DNA from: Azolla caroliniana
Lineage: Eukaryota; Plantae; Polypodiophyta
Length of the DNA stretch: 64,000 nucleotides
Assembly (NCBI GenBank): GCA_043228905.1
Contig: JBHGNT010000012.1
Span: forward strand, 15,066,001 to 15,130,000
Direction: 5' to 3'
The notes under the pieces are model-generated. The model made no database searches. It was not told the DNA's origin and saw only the letters and a list, made by a program, of their open reading frames with translations. The position numbers were made by a program, and so were the translations under genes. Positions 24,352 through 38,624 of the stretch are shown piece after piece. The first letter of the stretch is position 1. Each line of letters starts with the position of its first letter.

Positions 24352-24548
24352 TCATACAATTATAGTAACAATAATGTCGACAATTCAACATATTTACAAT
24401 GTTCACAATTGTATTTCTACATGTTGGCGCACCAACGTGGTGTCACGGTGTAGTTTGTGATCATGTTACGAAGGATCTTGAATTTTCTTACTATACGTTG
24501 TTCTACTTTCTTAATTTGAGACGTGCACTCGTTGTTGTCATGCAACAA

Positions 24549-24622
24549 GGTTTCGTGGTGTAGTTGGTGATCACGTCAGTCTAACACACTGAAGGTCTCC
24601 GGTTCGAGCCCGGACGAAGCCA
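24549..24622 (+). tRNA. tRNA-Val(AAC)
   Basis: HOR unit 3 copy. Confidence 0.93.
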
Positions 24623-25374
24623 ACCTTTGTTTCTCAAACAAGAGTCGTCGTTTAGCGGTTTTGGAATATGAAAATCATCGATGTACTTCACAAACCTCAT
24701 TCAATAAGAGGATCCAGCCTTCACTGCATATCTGACATGCTTTACGTGAATTAACCTAGTTGGTATTCACTCTAACATGCATTGTGTGACCAAGTTTATG
24801 CGATTTTTGCGTATTTCGTGATCACATGACTCTAGCATGCCGGCAGTATCGAATTAGAGACCGATGAAACAAACCCAGATTTACAATAGAGGATCCTAAA
24901 TCCTAGTTAGTCTTTTAATTATCTAAAATAACCCTTCGCAACTACATATACACCATATACAATGATACAATTTCCATACCAATTTTGTGAGAGTGCATTT
25001 AATATTACTTATTCAATTAAACTATGTAAGATTTATTTTCTTCTTGTTTTGACATTTCCTTTTTACAAGAAATATTGTATACTTAGAAGCTTGACAAGTT
25101 TGATGTTCGCTTTCCTCTAACACATTTGAGGGTGCGATAGATGCCGAGTTCAATTCTCGGTATGCCCCTCATAACAATTATACGAAGAATAATGTTGATA
25201 ATTCAACAAATCTACAATGTTCACAATTGTATTTCTACATGTTGGCGCATCAACATGTATTGCAACATGGTGCCGCGGGGTAGTTTGTGACCATGTGACG
25301 GACCAACTTGAGTTACCCTACAGTACGTTGTTTTCTTGATTTGTGACGTTATTCTCGTTGATGTCATACATTAG

Positions 25375-25448
25375 GGTTTCGTGGTGTAGTTGGTGATCAC
25401 GTCAGTCTCACACACTGAAGGTCTCCGGTTCGAGCCCGGACGAAGCCA
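25375..25448 (+). tRNA. tRNA-Val(CAC)
   Basis: HOR unit 3 copy. Confidence 0.9.
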
Positions 25449-26313
25449 ACCTATGTTCCTCAAACAAGAGTCATCTTTTAGTGGTTTTGGAATATTGAAA
25501 TAAGCGATTCAGTCCACAAACCCCGTTTAAAAAGAGGATCGAGCCTTCTGTACATATGTGACCTGCTTTACGTGAATTGACATGGTTGGCATTCACTCTA
25601 ACATTCATTGTGTGATCTAGTTTATGCGATTTTTGCTACTTCGTGATCACATGACTCTTACATGCCGACAGTCTCGAATTCGAGACCGATGAAACAAACC
25701 TAGATTTACAACAGAGGACCCTAAATCCTAGTTAGTCCTTCAATTTTCCAAAATAACCCTTCACGTCTATATATACACCATATACAATGATACAATTTCC
25801 ATACCAATTTTGTGAGAATGCATTTAATATTGCTTATTCAATTATACTACGTGAGATTTATTTTCTTCTTGGTTTGACATTTCCTTCTTACAAGAAATAT
25901 TTTCCGCTTGATGTCCGCTATCCTTTAACGCATTTAGAATTATCGTGTGATTCATGGATACGGTGCGAGAGGTAGTGCGTTCAATTCTTGCATTGCCTCC
26001 GCTTTAATACGACACGTAATTTAGTTGATAAGTGCATATCTTATCATTGCGCACGCACCCTCATCAACAAATTTCTTCGGCCTCTTTAGAATTCACTACT
26101 TTTGTAAGGTAATTTGTTCTAATCGTCTGATTCTCGTTCAATGTGAAAGTGGTCCTCTCGGAATGCCCACTATTAATAATAGGGATAACCACACTTACGG
26201 TAGTAGAGTTGATAATAAACAGATTTGTTTGTTTCTCCAAAAATAAGTAAGGGTAATAATTCAGATTCGCATCTAAATCAATTCTTCACCAAAACCTTCA
26301 TCTAGACTTTCGA

Positions 26314-26385
26314 GGGCATTTGTTCTAGTGGTATGATTCCCGCTGAGGGTGCGATAGATGCCGAGTTCAATTCTCGGTATGCCCC
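26314..26385 (+). pseudogene. Divergent tRNA-Pro pseudogene
   Basis: HOR unit 3 copy. Confidence 0.8.
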
Positions 26386-26592
26386 TCGTAACAATTATAC
26401 GAAGAATAATGTTGATAATTCAACAAATTTACAACGTTCACAATTGTATTTCTACATGCTGGCGCATCAACATGTATTGCAACATGGTGCCGCGGTGTAG
26501 TTTGTGACCATGCGACGGACCAACTTGAGTTATGCTACAGTACGTTGTTTTCTTGATTTGTGACGTTATTTCTCGTTGTTGTCATACATTAA

Positions 26593-26666
26593 GGTTTTGT
26601 GGTGTAGTTGGTGATCACGTTAGTCTCACACAATGAAGGTCTCCGGTTTGAGCCCGGACGAAACCA
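26593..26666 (+). pseudogene. Degenerate tRNA-Val(CAC)
   Basis: HOR unit 3 copy. Confidence 0.75.
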
Positions 26667-27573
26667 ATCTATGTTTCTCAAACAACAATCATCGTTTAGT
26701 GGTTTTGGAATATTGAAATAAGGGATTCACCCCACAAACCTCATTTAAGAAGAGGATCCAGCCTTCACTACTTATTAGACCTGCTTGACGTGAATTAACC
26801 TAGTTGGCATTCACTCAAACATGCACCGTGTGACCTAGTTTATGCGATTTTACCTATTTTGTGATCGCATGACGCTAATATCCCGGCAGTCTCGAATTAC
26901 AGAACGATGAAACAAACCCAGATTTACAACAGAGGACCCTAAATCCTAATTAGTTTTTCAATTATCCAAAATAACCCTTCACATCTATATGTACACCATA
27001 TAGAATGATCCAATTTCTATACCAATTTTTTGACAGTGCATTTAATATTACTTATTCAATCATAGCATGTGAGATTTATTTTCTTCTTGTTTTGACATTT
27101 CCTTTTTACAAGAAATATTGTACACATAGAATTTTGACATGTTTGATGTTCTCTTTCGTCTAACGCATTTACAATTATCGTGTGATTCATGGATACGGTG
27201 TGAGTGGTAGTGCGTTCAATTCTTGGATTACCTCCGCTTTAATACGACCACGTAATTTAGTTGATAAGTGCATATCTTATCATTGCGATCGCACCCTCGT
27301 CACGACATTTATTCTACCTCTTAAGAATATACTACTTTCGTAAGGTAATTTGCTCTAGTCGTATGATTCTCGCTCAGTATGGACGTGGTCCTCAGGTCTA
27401 TTTGGGAGCTCCCACTATTAATAATAGGGATAATCACACTTACGGTAGTAAAGTTCATAATAAACAGATTCGTTTGTTTTTCCAAAAACATGTAGGGGTA
27501 ATAATTGAGATTGGCATCTAATTCAATTCTTCACCAAAACCTCTATGGATGACCTTTTCTTTGTATCCTTCGA

Positions 27574-27645
27574 GGGCATTTGGTCTAGTGGTATGATTCT
27601 CGCTTAGGGTGCGAGAGGTCTCGAGTTCAATTCTCGAAATGCCCC
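27574..27645 (+). tRNA. tRNA-Pro(AGG)
   Basis: HOR unit 4 copy. Confidence 0.93.
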
Positions 27646-27842
27646 TCATACAATTATAGTAACAATAATGTCGACAATTCAACATATTTACAATGTTCAC
27701 AATTGTATTTCTACATGTTGGCGCACCAACGTGGTGTCACGGTGTAGTTTGTGATCATGTTACGAAGGATCTTGAATTTTCTTACTATACGTTGTTCTAC
27801 TTTCTTAATTTGAGACGTGCACTCGTTGGTGTCATGCAACAA

Positions 27843-27916
27843 GGTTTCGTGGTGTAGTTGGTGATCACGTCAGTCTAACACACTGAAGGTCTCCGGTTCG
27901 AGCCCGGACGAAGCCA
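27843..27916 (+). tRNA. tRNA-Val(AAC)
   Basis: HOR unit 4 copy. Confidence 0.93.
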
Positions 27917-28668
27917 ACCTTTGTTTCTCAAACAAGAGTCGTCGTTTAGCGGTTTTGGAATATGAAAATCATCGATGTACTTCACAAACCTCATTCAATA
28001 AGAGGATCCAGCCTTCACTGCATATCTGACATGCTTTACGTGAATTAACCTAGTTGGTATTCACTCTAACATGCATTGTGTGACCAAGTTTATGCGATTT
28101 TTGCGTATTTCGTGATCACATGACTCTAGCATGCCGGCAGTATCGAATTAGAGACCGATGAAACAAACCCAGATTTACAATAGAGGATCCTAAATCCTAG
28201 TTAGTCTTTTAATTATCTAAAATAACCCTTCGCAACTACATATACACCATATACAATGATACAATTTCCATACCAATTTTGTGAGAGTGCATTTAATATT
28301 ACTTATTCAATTAAACTATGTAAGATTTATTTTCTTCTTGTTTTGACATTTCCTTTTTACAAGAAATATTGTATACTTAGAAGCTTGACAAGTTTGATGT
28401 TCGCTTTCCTCTAACACATTTGAGGGTGCGATAGATGCCGAGTTCAATTCTCGGTATGCCCCTCATAACAATTATACGAAGAATAATGTTGATAATTCAA
28501 CAAATCTACAATGTTCACAATTGTATTTCTACATGTTGGCGCATCAACATGTATTGCAACATGGTGCCGCGGGGTAGTTTGTGACCATGTGACGGACCAA
28601 CTTGAGTTACCCTACAGTACGTTGTTTTCTTGATTTGTGACGTTATTCTCGTTGATGTCATACATTAG

Positions 28669-28742
28669 GGTTTCGTGGTGTAGTTGGTGATCACGTCAGT
28701 CTCACACACTGAAGGTCTCCGGTTCGAGCCCGGACGAAGCCA
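28669..28742 (+). tRNA. tRNA-Val(CAC)
   Basis: HOR unit 4 copy. Confidence 0.9.
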
Positions 28743-29607
28743 ACCTATGTTCCTCAAACAAGAGTCATCTTTTAGTGGTTTTGGAATATTGAAATAAGCG
28801 ATTCAGTCCACAAACCCCGTTTAAAAAGAGGATCGAGCCTTCTGTACATATGTGACCTGCTTTACGTGAATTGACATGGTTGGCATTCACTCTAACATTC
28901 ATTGTGTGATCTAGTTTATGCGATTTTTGCTACTTCGTGATCACATGACTCTTACATGCCGACAGTCTCGAATTCGAGACCGATGAAACAAACCTAGATT
29001 TACAACAGAGGACCCTAAATCCTAGTTAGTCCTTCAATTTTCCAAAATAACCCTTCACGTCTATATATACACCATATACAATGATACAATTTCCATACCA
29101 ATTTTGTGAGAATGCATTTAATATTGCTTATTCAATTATACTACGTGAGATTTATTTTCTTCTTGGTTTGACATTTCCTTCTTACAAGAAATATTTTCCG
29201 CTTGATGTCCGCTATCCTTTAACGCATTTAGAATTATCGTGTGATTCATGGATACGGTGCGAGAGGTAGTGCGTTCAATTCTTGCATTGCCTCCGCTTTA
29301 ATACGACACGTAATTTAGTTGATAAGTGCATATCTTATCATTGCGCACGCACCCTCATCAACAAATTTCTTCGGCCTCTTTAGAATTCACTACTTTTGTA
29401 AGGTAATTTGTTCTAATCGTCTGATTCTCGTTCAATGTGAAAGTGGTCCTCTCGGAATGCCCACTATTAATAATAGGGATAACCACACTTACGGTAGTAG
29501 AGTTGATAATAAACAGATTTGTTTGTTTCTCCAAAAATAAGTAAGGGTAATAATTCAGATTCGCATCTAAATCAATTCTTCACCAAAACCTTCATCTAGA
29601 CTTTCGA

Positions 29608-29679
29608 GGGCATTTGTTCTAGTGGTATGATTCCCTCTGAGGGTGCGATAGATGCCGAGTTCAATTCTCGGTATGCCCC
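29608..29679 (+). pseudogene. Divergent tRNA-Pro pseudogene
   Basis: HOR unit 4 copy. Confidence 0.8.
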
Positions 29680-29886
29680 TCGTAACAATTATACGAAGAA
29701 TAATGTTGATAATTCAACAAATTTACAACGTTCACAATTGTATTTCTACATGCTGGCGCATCAACATGTATTGCAACATGGTGCCGCGGTGTAGTTTGTG
29801 ACCATGCGACGGACCAACTTGAGTTATGCTACAGTACGTTGTTTTCTTGATTTGTGACGTTATTTCTCGTTGTTGTCATACATTAA

Positions 29887-29960
29887 GGTTTTGTGGTGTA
29901 GTTGGTGATCACGTTAGTCTCACACAATGAAGGTCTCCGGTTTGAGCCCGGACGAAACCA
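29887..29960 (+). pseudogene. Degenerate tRNA-Val(CAC)
   Basis: HOR unit 4 copy. Confidence 0.75.
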
Positions 29961-30867
29961 ATCTATGTTTCTCAAACAACAATCATCGTTTAGTGGTTTT
30001 GGAATATTGAAATAAGGGATTCACCCCACAAACCTCATTTAAGAAGAGGATCCAGCCTTCACTACTTATTAGACCTGCTTGACGTGAATTAACCTAGTTG
30101 GCATTCACTCAAACATGCACCGTGTGACCTAGTTTATGCGATTTTACCTATTTTGTGATCGCATGACGCTAATATCCCGGCAGTCTCGAATTACAGAACG
30201 ATGAAACAAACCCAGATTTACAACAGAGGACCCTAAATCCTAATTAGTTTTTCAATTATCCAAAATAACCCTTCACATCTATATGTACACCATATAGAAT
30301 GATCCAATTTCTATACCAATTTTTTGACAGTGCATTTAATATTACTTATTCAATCATAGCATGTGAGATTTATTTTCTTCTTGTTTTGACATTTCCTTTT
30401 TACAAGAAATATTGTACACATAGAATTTTGACATGTTTGATGTTCTCTTTCGTCTAACGCATTTACAATTATCGTGTGATTCATGGATACGGTGTGAGTG
30501 GTAGTGCGTTCAATTCTTGGATTACCTCCGCTTTAATACGACCACGTAATTTAGTTGATAAGTGCATATCTTATCATTGCGATCGCACCCTCGTCACGAC
30601 ATTTATTCTACCTCTTAAGAATATACTACTTTCGTAAGGTAATTTGCTCTAGTCGTATGATTCTCGCTCAGTATGGACGTGGTCCTCAGGTCTATTTGGG
30701 AGCTCCCACTATTAATAATAGGGATAATCACACTTACGGTAGTAAAGTTCATAATAAACAGATTCGTTTGTTTTTCCAAAAACATGTAGGGGTAATAATT
30801 GAGATTGGCATCTAATTCAATTCTTCACCAAAACCTCTATGGATGACCTTTTCTTTGTATCCTTCGA

Positions 30868-30939
30868 GGGCATTTGGTCTAGTGGTATGATTCTCGCTTA
30901 GGGTGCGAGAGGTCTCGAGTTCAATTCTCGAAATGCCCC
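30868..30939 (+). tRNA. tRNA-Pro(AGG)
   Basis: HOR unit 5 copy. Confidence 0.93.
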
Positions 30940-31136
30940 TCATACAATTATAGTAACAATAATGTCGACAATTCAACATATTTACAATGTTCACAATTGT
31001 ATTTCTACATGTTGGCGCACCAACGTGGTGTCACGGTGTAGTTTGTGATCATGTTACGAAGGATCTTGAATTTTCTTACTATACGTTGTTCTACTTTCTT
31101 AATTTGAGACGTGCACTCGTTGTTGTCATGCAACAA

Positions 31137-31210
31137 GGTTTCGTGGTGTAGTTGGTGATCACGTCAGTCTAACACACTGAAGGTCTCCGGTTCGAGCCCG
31201 GACGAAGCCA
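31137..31210 (+). tRNA. tRNA-Val(AAC)
   Basis: HOR unit 5 copy. Confidence 0.93.
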
Positions 31211-31962
31211 ACCTTTGTTTCTCAAATAAGAGTCGTCGTTTAGCGGTTTTGGAATATGAAAATCATCGATGTACTTCACAAACCTCATTCAATAAGAGGA
31301 TCCAGCCTTCACTGCATATCTGACATGCTTTACGTGAATTAACCTAGTTGGTATTCACTCTAACATGCATTGTGTGACCAAGTTTATGCGATTTTTGCGT
31401 ATTTCGTGATCACATGACTCTAGCATGCCGACAGTATCGAATTAGAGACCGATGAAACAAACCCAGATTTACAATAGAGGATCCTAAATCCTAGTTAGTC
31501 TTTTAATTATCTAAAATAACCCTTCGCAATTACATATACACCATATACAATGATACAATTTCCATACCAATTTTGTGAGAGTGCATTTAATATTACTTAT
31601 TCAATTAAACTATGTAAGATTTATTTTCTTCTTGTTTTGACATTTCCTTTTTACAAGAAATATTGTATACTTAGAAGCTTGACAAGTTTGATGTTCGCTT
31701 TCCTCTAACACATTTGAGGGTGCGATAGATGCCGAGTTCAATTCTCGGTATGCCCCTCATAACAATTATACGAAGAATAATGTTGATAATTCAACAAATC
31801 TACAATGTTCACAATTGTATTTCTACATGTTGGCGCATCAACATGTATTGCAACATGGTGCCGCGGGGTAGTTTGTGACCATGTGACGGACCAACTTGAG
31901 TTACCCTACAGTACGTTGTTTTCTTGATTTGTGACGTTATTCTCGTTGATGTCATACATTAG

Positions 31963-32036
31963 GGTTTCGTGGTGTAGTTGGTGATCACGTCAGTCTCACA
32001 CACTGAAGGTCTCCGGTTCGAGCCCGGACGAAGCCA
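31963..32036 (+). tRNA. tRNA-Val(CAC)
   Basis: HOR unit 5 copy. Confidence 0.9.
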
Positions 32037-32901
32037 ACCTATGTTCCTCAAACAAGAGTCATCTTTTAGTGGTTTTGGAATATTGAAATAAGCGATTCAG
32101 TCCACAAACCCCGTTTAAAAAGAGGATCGAGCCTTCTGTACATATGTGACCTGCTTTACGTGAATTGACATGGTTGGCATTCACTCTAACATTCATTGTG
32201 TGATCTAGTTTATGCGATTTTTGCTACTTCGTGATCACATGACTCTTACATGCCGACAGTCTCGAATTCGAGACCGATGAAACAAACCTAGATTTACAAC
32301 AGAGGACCCTAAATCCTAGTTAGTCCTTCAATTTTCCAAAATAACCCTTCACGTCTATATATACACCATATACAATGATACAATTTCCATACCAATTTTG
32401 TGAGAATGCATTTAATATTGCTTATTCAATTATACTACGTGAGATTTATTTTCTTCTTGGTTTGACATTTCCTTCTTACAAGAAATATTTTCCGCTTGAT
32501 GTCCGCTATCCTTTAACGCATTTAGAATTATCGTGTGATTCATGGATACGGTGCGAGAGGTAGTGCGTTCAATTCTTGCATTGCCTCCGCTTTAATACGA
32601 CACGTAATTTAGTTGATAAGTGCATATCTTATCATTGCGCACGCACCCTCATCAACAAATTTCTTCGGCCTCTTTAGAATTCACTACTTTTGTAAGGTAA
32701 TTTGTTCTAATCGTCTGATTCTCGTTCAATGTGAAAGTGGTCCTCTCGGAATGCCCACTATTAATAATAGGGATAACCACACTTACGGTAGTAGAGTTGA
32801 TAATAAACAGATTTGTTTGTTTCTCCAAAAATAAGTAAGGGTAATAATTCAGATTCGCATCTAAATCAATTCTTCACCAAAACCTTCATCTAGACTTTCG
32901 A

Positions 32902-32973
32902 GGGCATTTGTTCTAGTGGTATGATTCCCTCTGAGGGTGCGATAGATGCCGAGTTCAATTCTCGGTATGCCCC
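32902..32973 (+). pseudogene. Divergent tRNA-Pro pseudogene
   Basis: HOR unit 5 copy. Confidence 0.8.
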
Positions 32974-33180
32974 TCGTAACAATTATACGAAGAATAATGT
33001 TGATAATTCAACAAATTTACAACGTTCACAATTGTATTTCTACATGCTGGCGCATCAACATGTATTGCAACATGGTGCCGCGGTGTAGTTTGTGACCATG
33101 CGACGGACCAACTTGAGTTATGCTACAGTACGTTGTTTTCTTGATTTGTGACGTTATTTCTCGTTGTTGTCATACATTAA

Positions 33181-33254
33181 GGTTTTGTGGTGTAGTTGGT
33201 GATCACGTTAGTCTCACACAATGAAGGTCTCCGGTTTGAGCCCGGACGAAACCA
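33181..33254 (+). pseudogene. Degenerate tRNA-Val(CAC)
   Basis: HOR unit 5 copy. Confidence 0.75.
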
Positions 33255-34161
33255 ATCTATGTTTCTCAAACAACAATCATCGTTTAGTGGTTTTGGAATA
33301 TTGAAATAAGGGATTCACCCCACAAACCTCATTTAAGAAGAGGATCCAGCCTTCACTACTTATTAGACCTGCTTGACGTGAATTAACCTAGTTGGCATTC
33401 ACTCAAACATGCACCGTGTGACCTAGTTTATGCGATTTTACCTATTTTGTGATCGCATGACGCTAATATCCCGGCAGTCTCGAATTACAGAACGATGAAA
33501 CAAACCCAGATTTACAACAGAGGACCCTAAATCCTAATTAGTTTTTCAATTATCCAAAATAACCCTTCACATCTATATGTACACCATATAGAATGATCCA
33601 ATTTCTATACCAATTTTTTGACAGTGCATTTAATATTACTTATTCAATCATAGCATGTGAGATTTATTTTCTTCTTGTTTTGACATTTCCTTTTTACAAG
33701 AAATATTGTACACATAGAATTTTGACATGTTTGATGTTCTCTTTCGTCTAACGCATTTACAATTATCGTGTGATTCATGGATACGGTGTGAGTGGTAGTG
33801 CGTTCAATTCTTGGATTACCTCCGCTTTAATACGACCACGTAATTTAGTTGATAAGTGCATATCTTATCATTGCGATCGCACCCTCGTCACGACATTTAT
33901 TCTACCTCTTAAGAATATACTACTTTCGTAAGGTAATTTGCTCTAGTCGTATGATTCTCGCTCAGTATGGACGTGGTCCTCGGGTCTATTTGGGAGCTCC
34001 CACTATTAATAATAGGGATAATCACACTTACGGTAGTAAAGTTCATAATAAACAGATTCGTTTGTTTTTCCAAAAACATGTAGGGGTAATAATTGAGATT
34101 GGCATCTAATTCAATTCTTCACCAAAACCTCTATGGATGACCTTTTCTTTGTATCCTTCGA

Positions 34162-34233
34162 GGGCATTTGGTCTAGTGGTATGATTCTCGCTTAGGGTGC
34201 GAGAGGTCTCGAGTTCAATTCTCGAAATGCCCC
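34162..34233 (+). tRNA. tRNA-Pro(AGG)
   Basis: HOR unit 6 copy. Confidence 0.93.
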
Positions 34234-34430
34234 TCATACAATTATAGTAACAATAATGTCGACAATTCAACATATTTACAATGTTCACAATTGTATTTCT
34301 ACATGTTGGCGCACCAACGTGGTGTCACGGTGTAGTTTGTGATCATGTTACGAAGGATCTTGAATTTTCTTACTATACGTTGTTCTACTTTCTTAATTTG
34401 AGACGTGCACTCGTTGTTGTCATGCAACAA

Positions 34431-34504
34431 GGTTTCGTGGTGTAGTTGGTGATCACGTCAGTCTAACACACTGAAGGTCTCCGGTTCGAGCCCGGACGAA
34501 GCCA
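34431..34504 (+). tRNA. tRNA-Val(AAC)
   Basis: HOR unit 6 copy. Confidence 0.93.
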
Positions 34505-35256
34505 ACCTTTGTTTCTCAAACAAGAGTCGTCGTTTAGCGGTTTTGGAATATGAAAATCATCGATGTACTTCACAAACCTCATTCAATAAGAGGATCCAGC
34601 CTTCACTGCATATCTGACATGCTTTACGTGAATTAACCTAGTTGGTATTCACTCTAACATGCATTGTGTGACCAAGTTTATGCGATTTTTGCGTATTTCG
34701 TGATCACATGACTCTAGCATGCCGACAGTATCGAATTAGAGACCGATGAAACAAACCCAGATTTACAATAGAGGATCCTAAATCCTAGTTAGTCTTTTAA
34801 TTATCTAAAATAACCCTTCGCAACTACATATACACCATATACAATGATACAATTTCCATACCAATTTTGTGAGAGTGCATTTAATATTACTTATTCAATT
34901 AAACTATGTAAGATTTATTTTCTTCTTGTTTTGACATTTCCTTTTTACAAGAAATATTGTATACTTAGAAGCTTGACAAGTTTGATGTTCGCTTTCCTCT
35001 AACACATTTGAGGGTGCGATAGATGCCGAGTTCAATTCTCGGTATGCCCCTCATAACAATTATACGAAGAATAATGTTGATAATTCAACAAATCTACAAT
35101 GTTCACAATTGTATTTCTACATGTTGGCGCATCAACATGTATTGCAACATGGTGCCGCGGGGTAGTTTGTGACCATGTGACGGACCAACTTGAGTTACCC
35201 TACAGTACGTTGTTTTCTTGATTTGTGACGTTATTCTCGTTGATGTCATACATTAG

Positions 35257-35330
35257 GGTTTCGTGGTGTAGTTGGTGATCACGTCAGTCTCACACACTGA
35301 AGGTCTCCGGTTCGAGCCCGGACGAAGCCA
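35257..35330 (+). tRNA. tRNA-Val(CAC)
   Basis: HOR unit 6 copy. Confidence 0.9.
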
Positions 35331-36195
35331 ACCTATGTTCCTCAAACAAGAGTCATCTTTTAGTGGTTTTGGAATATTGAAATAAGCGATTCAGTCCACA
35401 AACCCCGTTTAAAAAGAGGATCGAGCCTTCTGTACATATGTGACCTGCTTTACGTGAATTGACATGGTTGGCATTCACTCTAACATTCATTGTGTGATCT
35501 AGTTTATGCGATTTTTGCTACTTCGTGATCACATGACTCTTACATGCCGACAGTCTCGAATTCGAGACCGATGAAACAAACCTAGATTTACAACAGAGGA
35601 CCCTAAATCCTAGTTAGTCCTTCAATTTTCCAAAATAACCCTTCACGTCTATATATACACCATATACAATGATACAATTTCCATACCAATTTTGTGAGAA
35701 TGCATTTAATATTGCTTATTCAATTATACTACGTGAGATTTATTTTCTTCTTGGTTTGACATTTCCTTCTTACAAGAAATATTTTCCGCTTGATGTCCGC
35801 TATCCTTTAACGCATTTAGAATTATCGTGTGATTCATGGATACGGTGCGAGAGGTAGTGCGTTCAATTCTTGCATTGCCTCCGCTTTAATACGACACGTA
35901 ATTTAGTTGATAAGTGCATATCTTATCATTGCGCACGCACCCTCATCAACAAATTTCTTCGGCCTCTTTAGAATTCACTACTTTTGTAAGGTAATTTGTT
36001 CTAATCGTCTGATTCTCGTTCAATGTGAAAGTGGTCCTCTCGGAATGCCCACTATTAATAATAGGGATAACCACACTTACGGTAGTAGAGTTGATAATAA
36101 ACAGATTTGTTTGTTTCTCCAAAAATAAGTAAGGGTAATAATTCAGATTCGCATCTAAATCAATTCTTCACCAAAACCTTCATCTAGACTTTCGA

Positions 36196-36267
36196 GGGCA
36201 TTTGTTCTAGTGGTATGATTCCCTCTGAGGGTGCGATAGATGCCGAGTTCAATTCTCGGTATGCCCC
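36196..36267 (+). pseudogene. Divergent tRNA-Pro pseudogene
   Basis: HOR unit 6 copy. Confidence 0.8.
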
Positions 36268-36474
36268 TCGTAACAATTATACGAAGAATAATGTTGATAA
36301 TTCAACAAATTTACAACGTTCACAATTGTATTTCTACATGCTGGCGCATCAACATGTATTGCAACATGGTGCCGCGGTGTAGTTTGTGACCATGCGACGG
36401 ACCAACTTGAGTTATGCTACAGTACGTTGTTTTCTTGATTTGTGACGTTATTTCTCGTTGTTGTCATACATTAA

Positions 36475-36548
36475 GGTTTTGTGGTGTAGTTGGTGATCAC
36501 GTTAGTCTCACACAATGAAGGTCTCCGGTTTGAGCCCGGACGAAACCA
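36475..36548 (+). pseudogene. Degenerate tRNA-Val(CAC)
   Basis: HOR unit 6 copy. Confidence 0.75.
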
Positions 36549-37455
36549 ATCTATGTTTCTCAAACAACAATCATCGTTTAGTGGTTTTGGAATATTGAAA
36601 TAAGGGATTCACCCCACAAACCTCATTTAAGAAGAGGATCCAGCCTTCACTACTTATTAGACCTGCTTGACGTGAATTAACCTAGTTGGCATTCACTCAA
36701 ACATGCACCGTGTGACCTAGTTTATGCGATTTTACCTATTTTGTGATCGCATGACGCTAATATCCCGGCAGTCTCGAATTACAGAACGATGAAACAAACC
36801 CAGATTTACAACAGAGGACCCTAAATCCTAATTAGTTTTTCAATTATCCAAAATAACCCTTCACATCTATATGTACACCATATAGAATGATCCAATTTCT
36901 ATACCAATTTTTTGACAGTGCATTTAATATTACTTATTCAATCATAGCATGTGAGATTTATTTTCTTCTTGTTTTGACATTTCCTTTTTACAAGAAATAT
37001 TGTACACATAGAATTTTGACATGTTTGATGTTCTCTTTCGTCTAACGCATTTACAATTATCGTGTGATTCATGGATACGGTGTGAGTGGTAGTGCGTTCA
37101 ATTCTTGGATTACCTCCGCTTTAATACGACCACGTAATTTAGTTGATAAGTGCATATCTTATCATTGCGATCGCACCCTCGTCACGACATTTATTCTACC
37201 TCTTAAGAATATACTACTTTCGTAAGGTAATTTGCTCTAGTCGTATGATTCTCGCTCAGTATGGACGTGGTCCTCGGGTCTATTTGGGAGCTCCCACTAT
37301 TAATAATAGGGATAATCACACTTACGGTAGTAAAGTTCATAATAAACAGATTCGTTTGTTTTTCCAAAAACATGTAGGGGTAATAATTGAGATTGGCATC
37401 TAATTCAATTCTTCACCAAAACCTCTATGGATGACCTTTTCTTTGTATCCTTCGA

Positions 37456-37527
37456 GGGCATTTGGTCTAGTGGTATGATTCTCGCTTAGGGTGCGAGAGG
37501 TCTCGAGTTCAATTCTCGAAATGCCCC
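37456..37527 (+). tRNA. tRNA-Pro(AGG)
   Basis: HOR unit 7 copy. Confidence 0.93.
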
Positions 37528-37724
37528 TCATACAATTATAGTAACAATAATGTCGACAATTCAACATATTTACAATGTTCACAATTGTATTTCTACATGT
37601 TGGCGCACCAACGTGGTGTCACGGTGTAGTTTGTGATCATGTTACGAAGGATCTTGAATTTTCTTACTATACGTTGTTCTACTTTCTTAATTTGAGACGT
37701 GCACTCGTTGTTGTCATGCAACAA

Positions 37725-37798
37725 GGTTTCGTGGTGTAGTTGGTGATCACGTCAGTCTAACACACTGAAGGTCTCCGGTTCGAGCCCGGACGAAGCCA
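37725..37798 (+). tRNA. tRNA-Val(AAC)
   Basis: HOR unit 7 copy. Confidence 0.93.
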
Positions 37799-38550
37799 AC
37801 CTTTGTTTCTCAAACAAGAGTCGTCGTTTAGCGGTTTTGGAATATGAAAATCATCGATGTACTTCACAAACCTCATTCAATAAGAGGATCCAGCCTTCAC
37901 TGCATATCTGACATGCTTTACGTGAATTAACCTAGTTGGTATTCACTCTAACATGCATTGTGTGACCAAGTTTATGCGATTTTTGCGTATTTCGTGATCA
38001 CATGACTCTAGCATGCCGACAGTATCGAATTAGAGACCGATGAAACAAACCCAGATTTACAATAGAGGATCCTAAATCCTAGTTAGTCTTTTAATTATCT
38101 AAAATAACCCTTCGCAACTACATATACACCATATACAATGATACAATTTCCATACCAATTTTGTGAGAGTGCATTTAATATTACTTATTCAATTAAACTA
38201 TGTAAGATTTATTTTCTTCTTGTTTTGACATTTCCTTTTTACAAGAAATATTGTATACTTAGAAGCTTGACAAGTTTGATGTTCGCTTTCCTCTAACACA
38301 TTTGAGGGTGCGATAGATGCCGAGTTCAATTCTCGGTATGCCCCTCATAACAATTATACGAAGAATAATGTTGATAATTCAACAAATCTACAATGTTCAC
38401 AATTGTATTTCTACATGTTGGCGCATCAACATGTATTGCAACATGGTGCCGCGGGGTAGTTTGTGACCATGTGACGGACCAACTTGAGTTACCCTACAGT
38501 ACGTTGTTTTCTTGATTTGTGACGTTATTCTCGTTGATGTCATACATTAG

Positions 38551-38624
38551 GGTTTCGTGGTGTAGTTGGTGATCACGTCAGTCTCACACACTGAAGGTCT
38601 CCGGTTCGAGCCCGGACGAAGCCA
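38551..38624 (+). tRNA. tRNA-Val(CAC)
   Basis: HOR unit 7 copy. Confidence 0.9.
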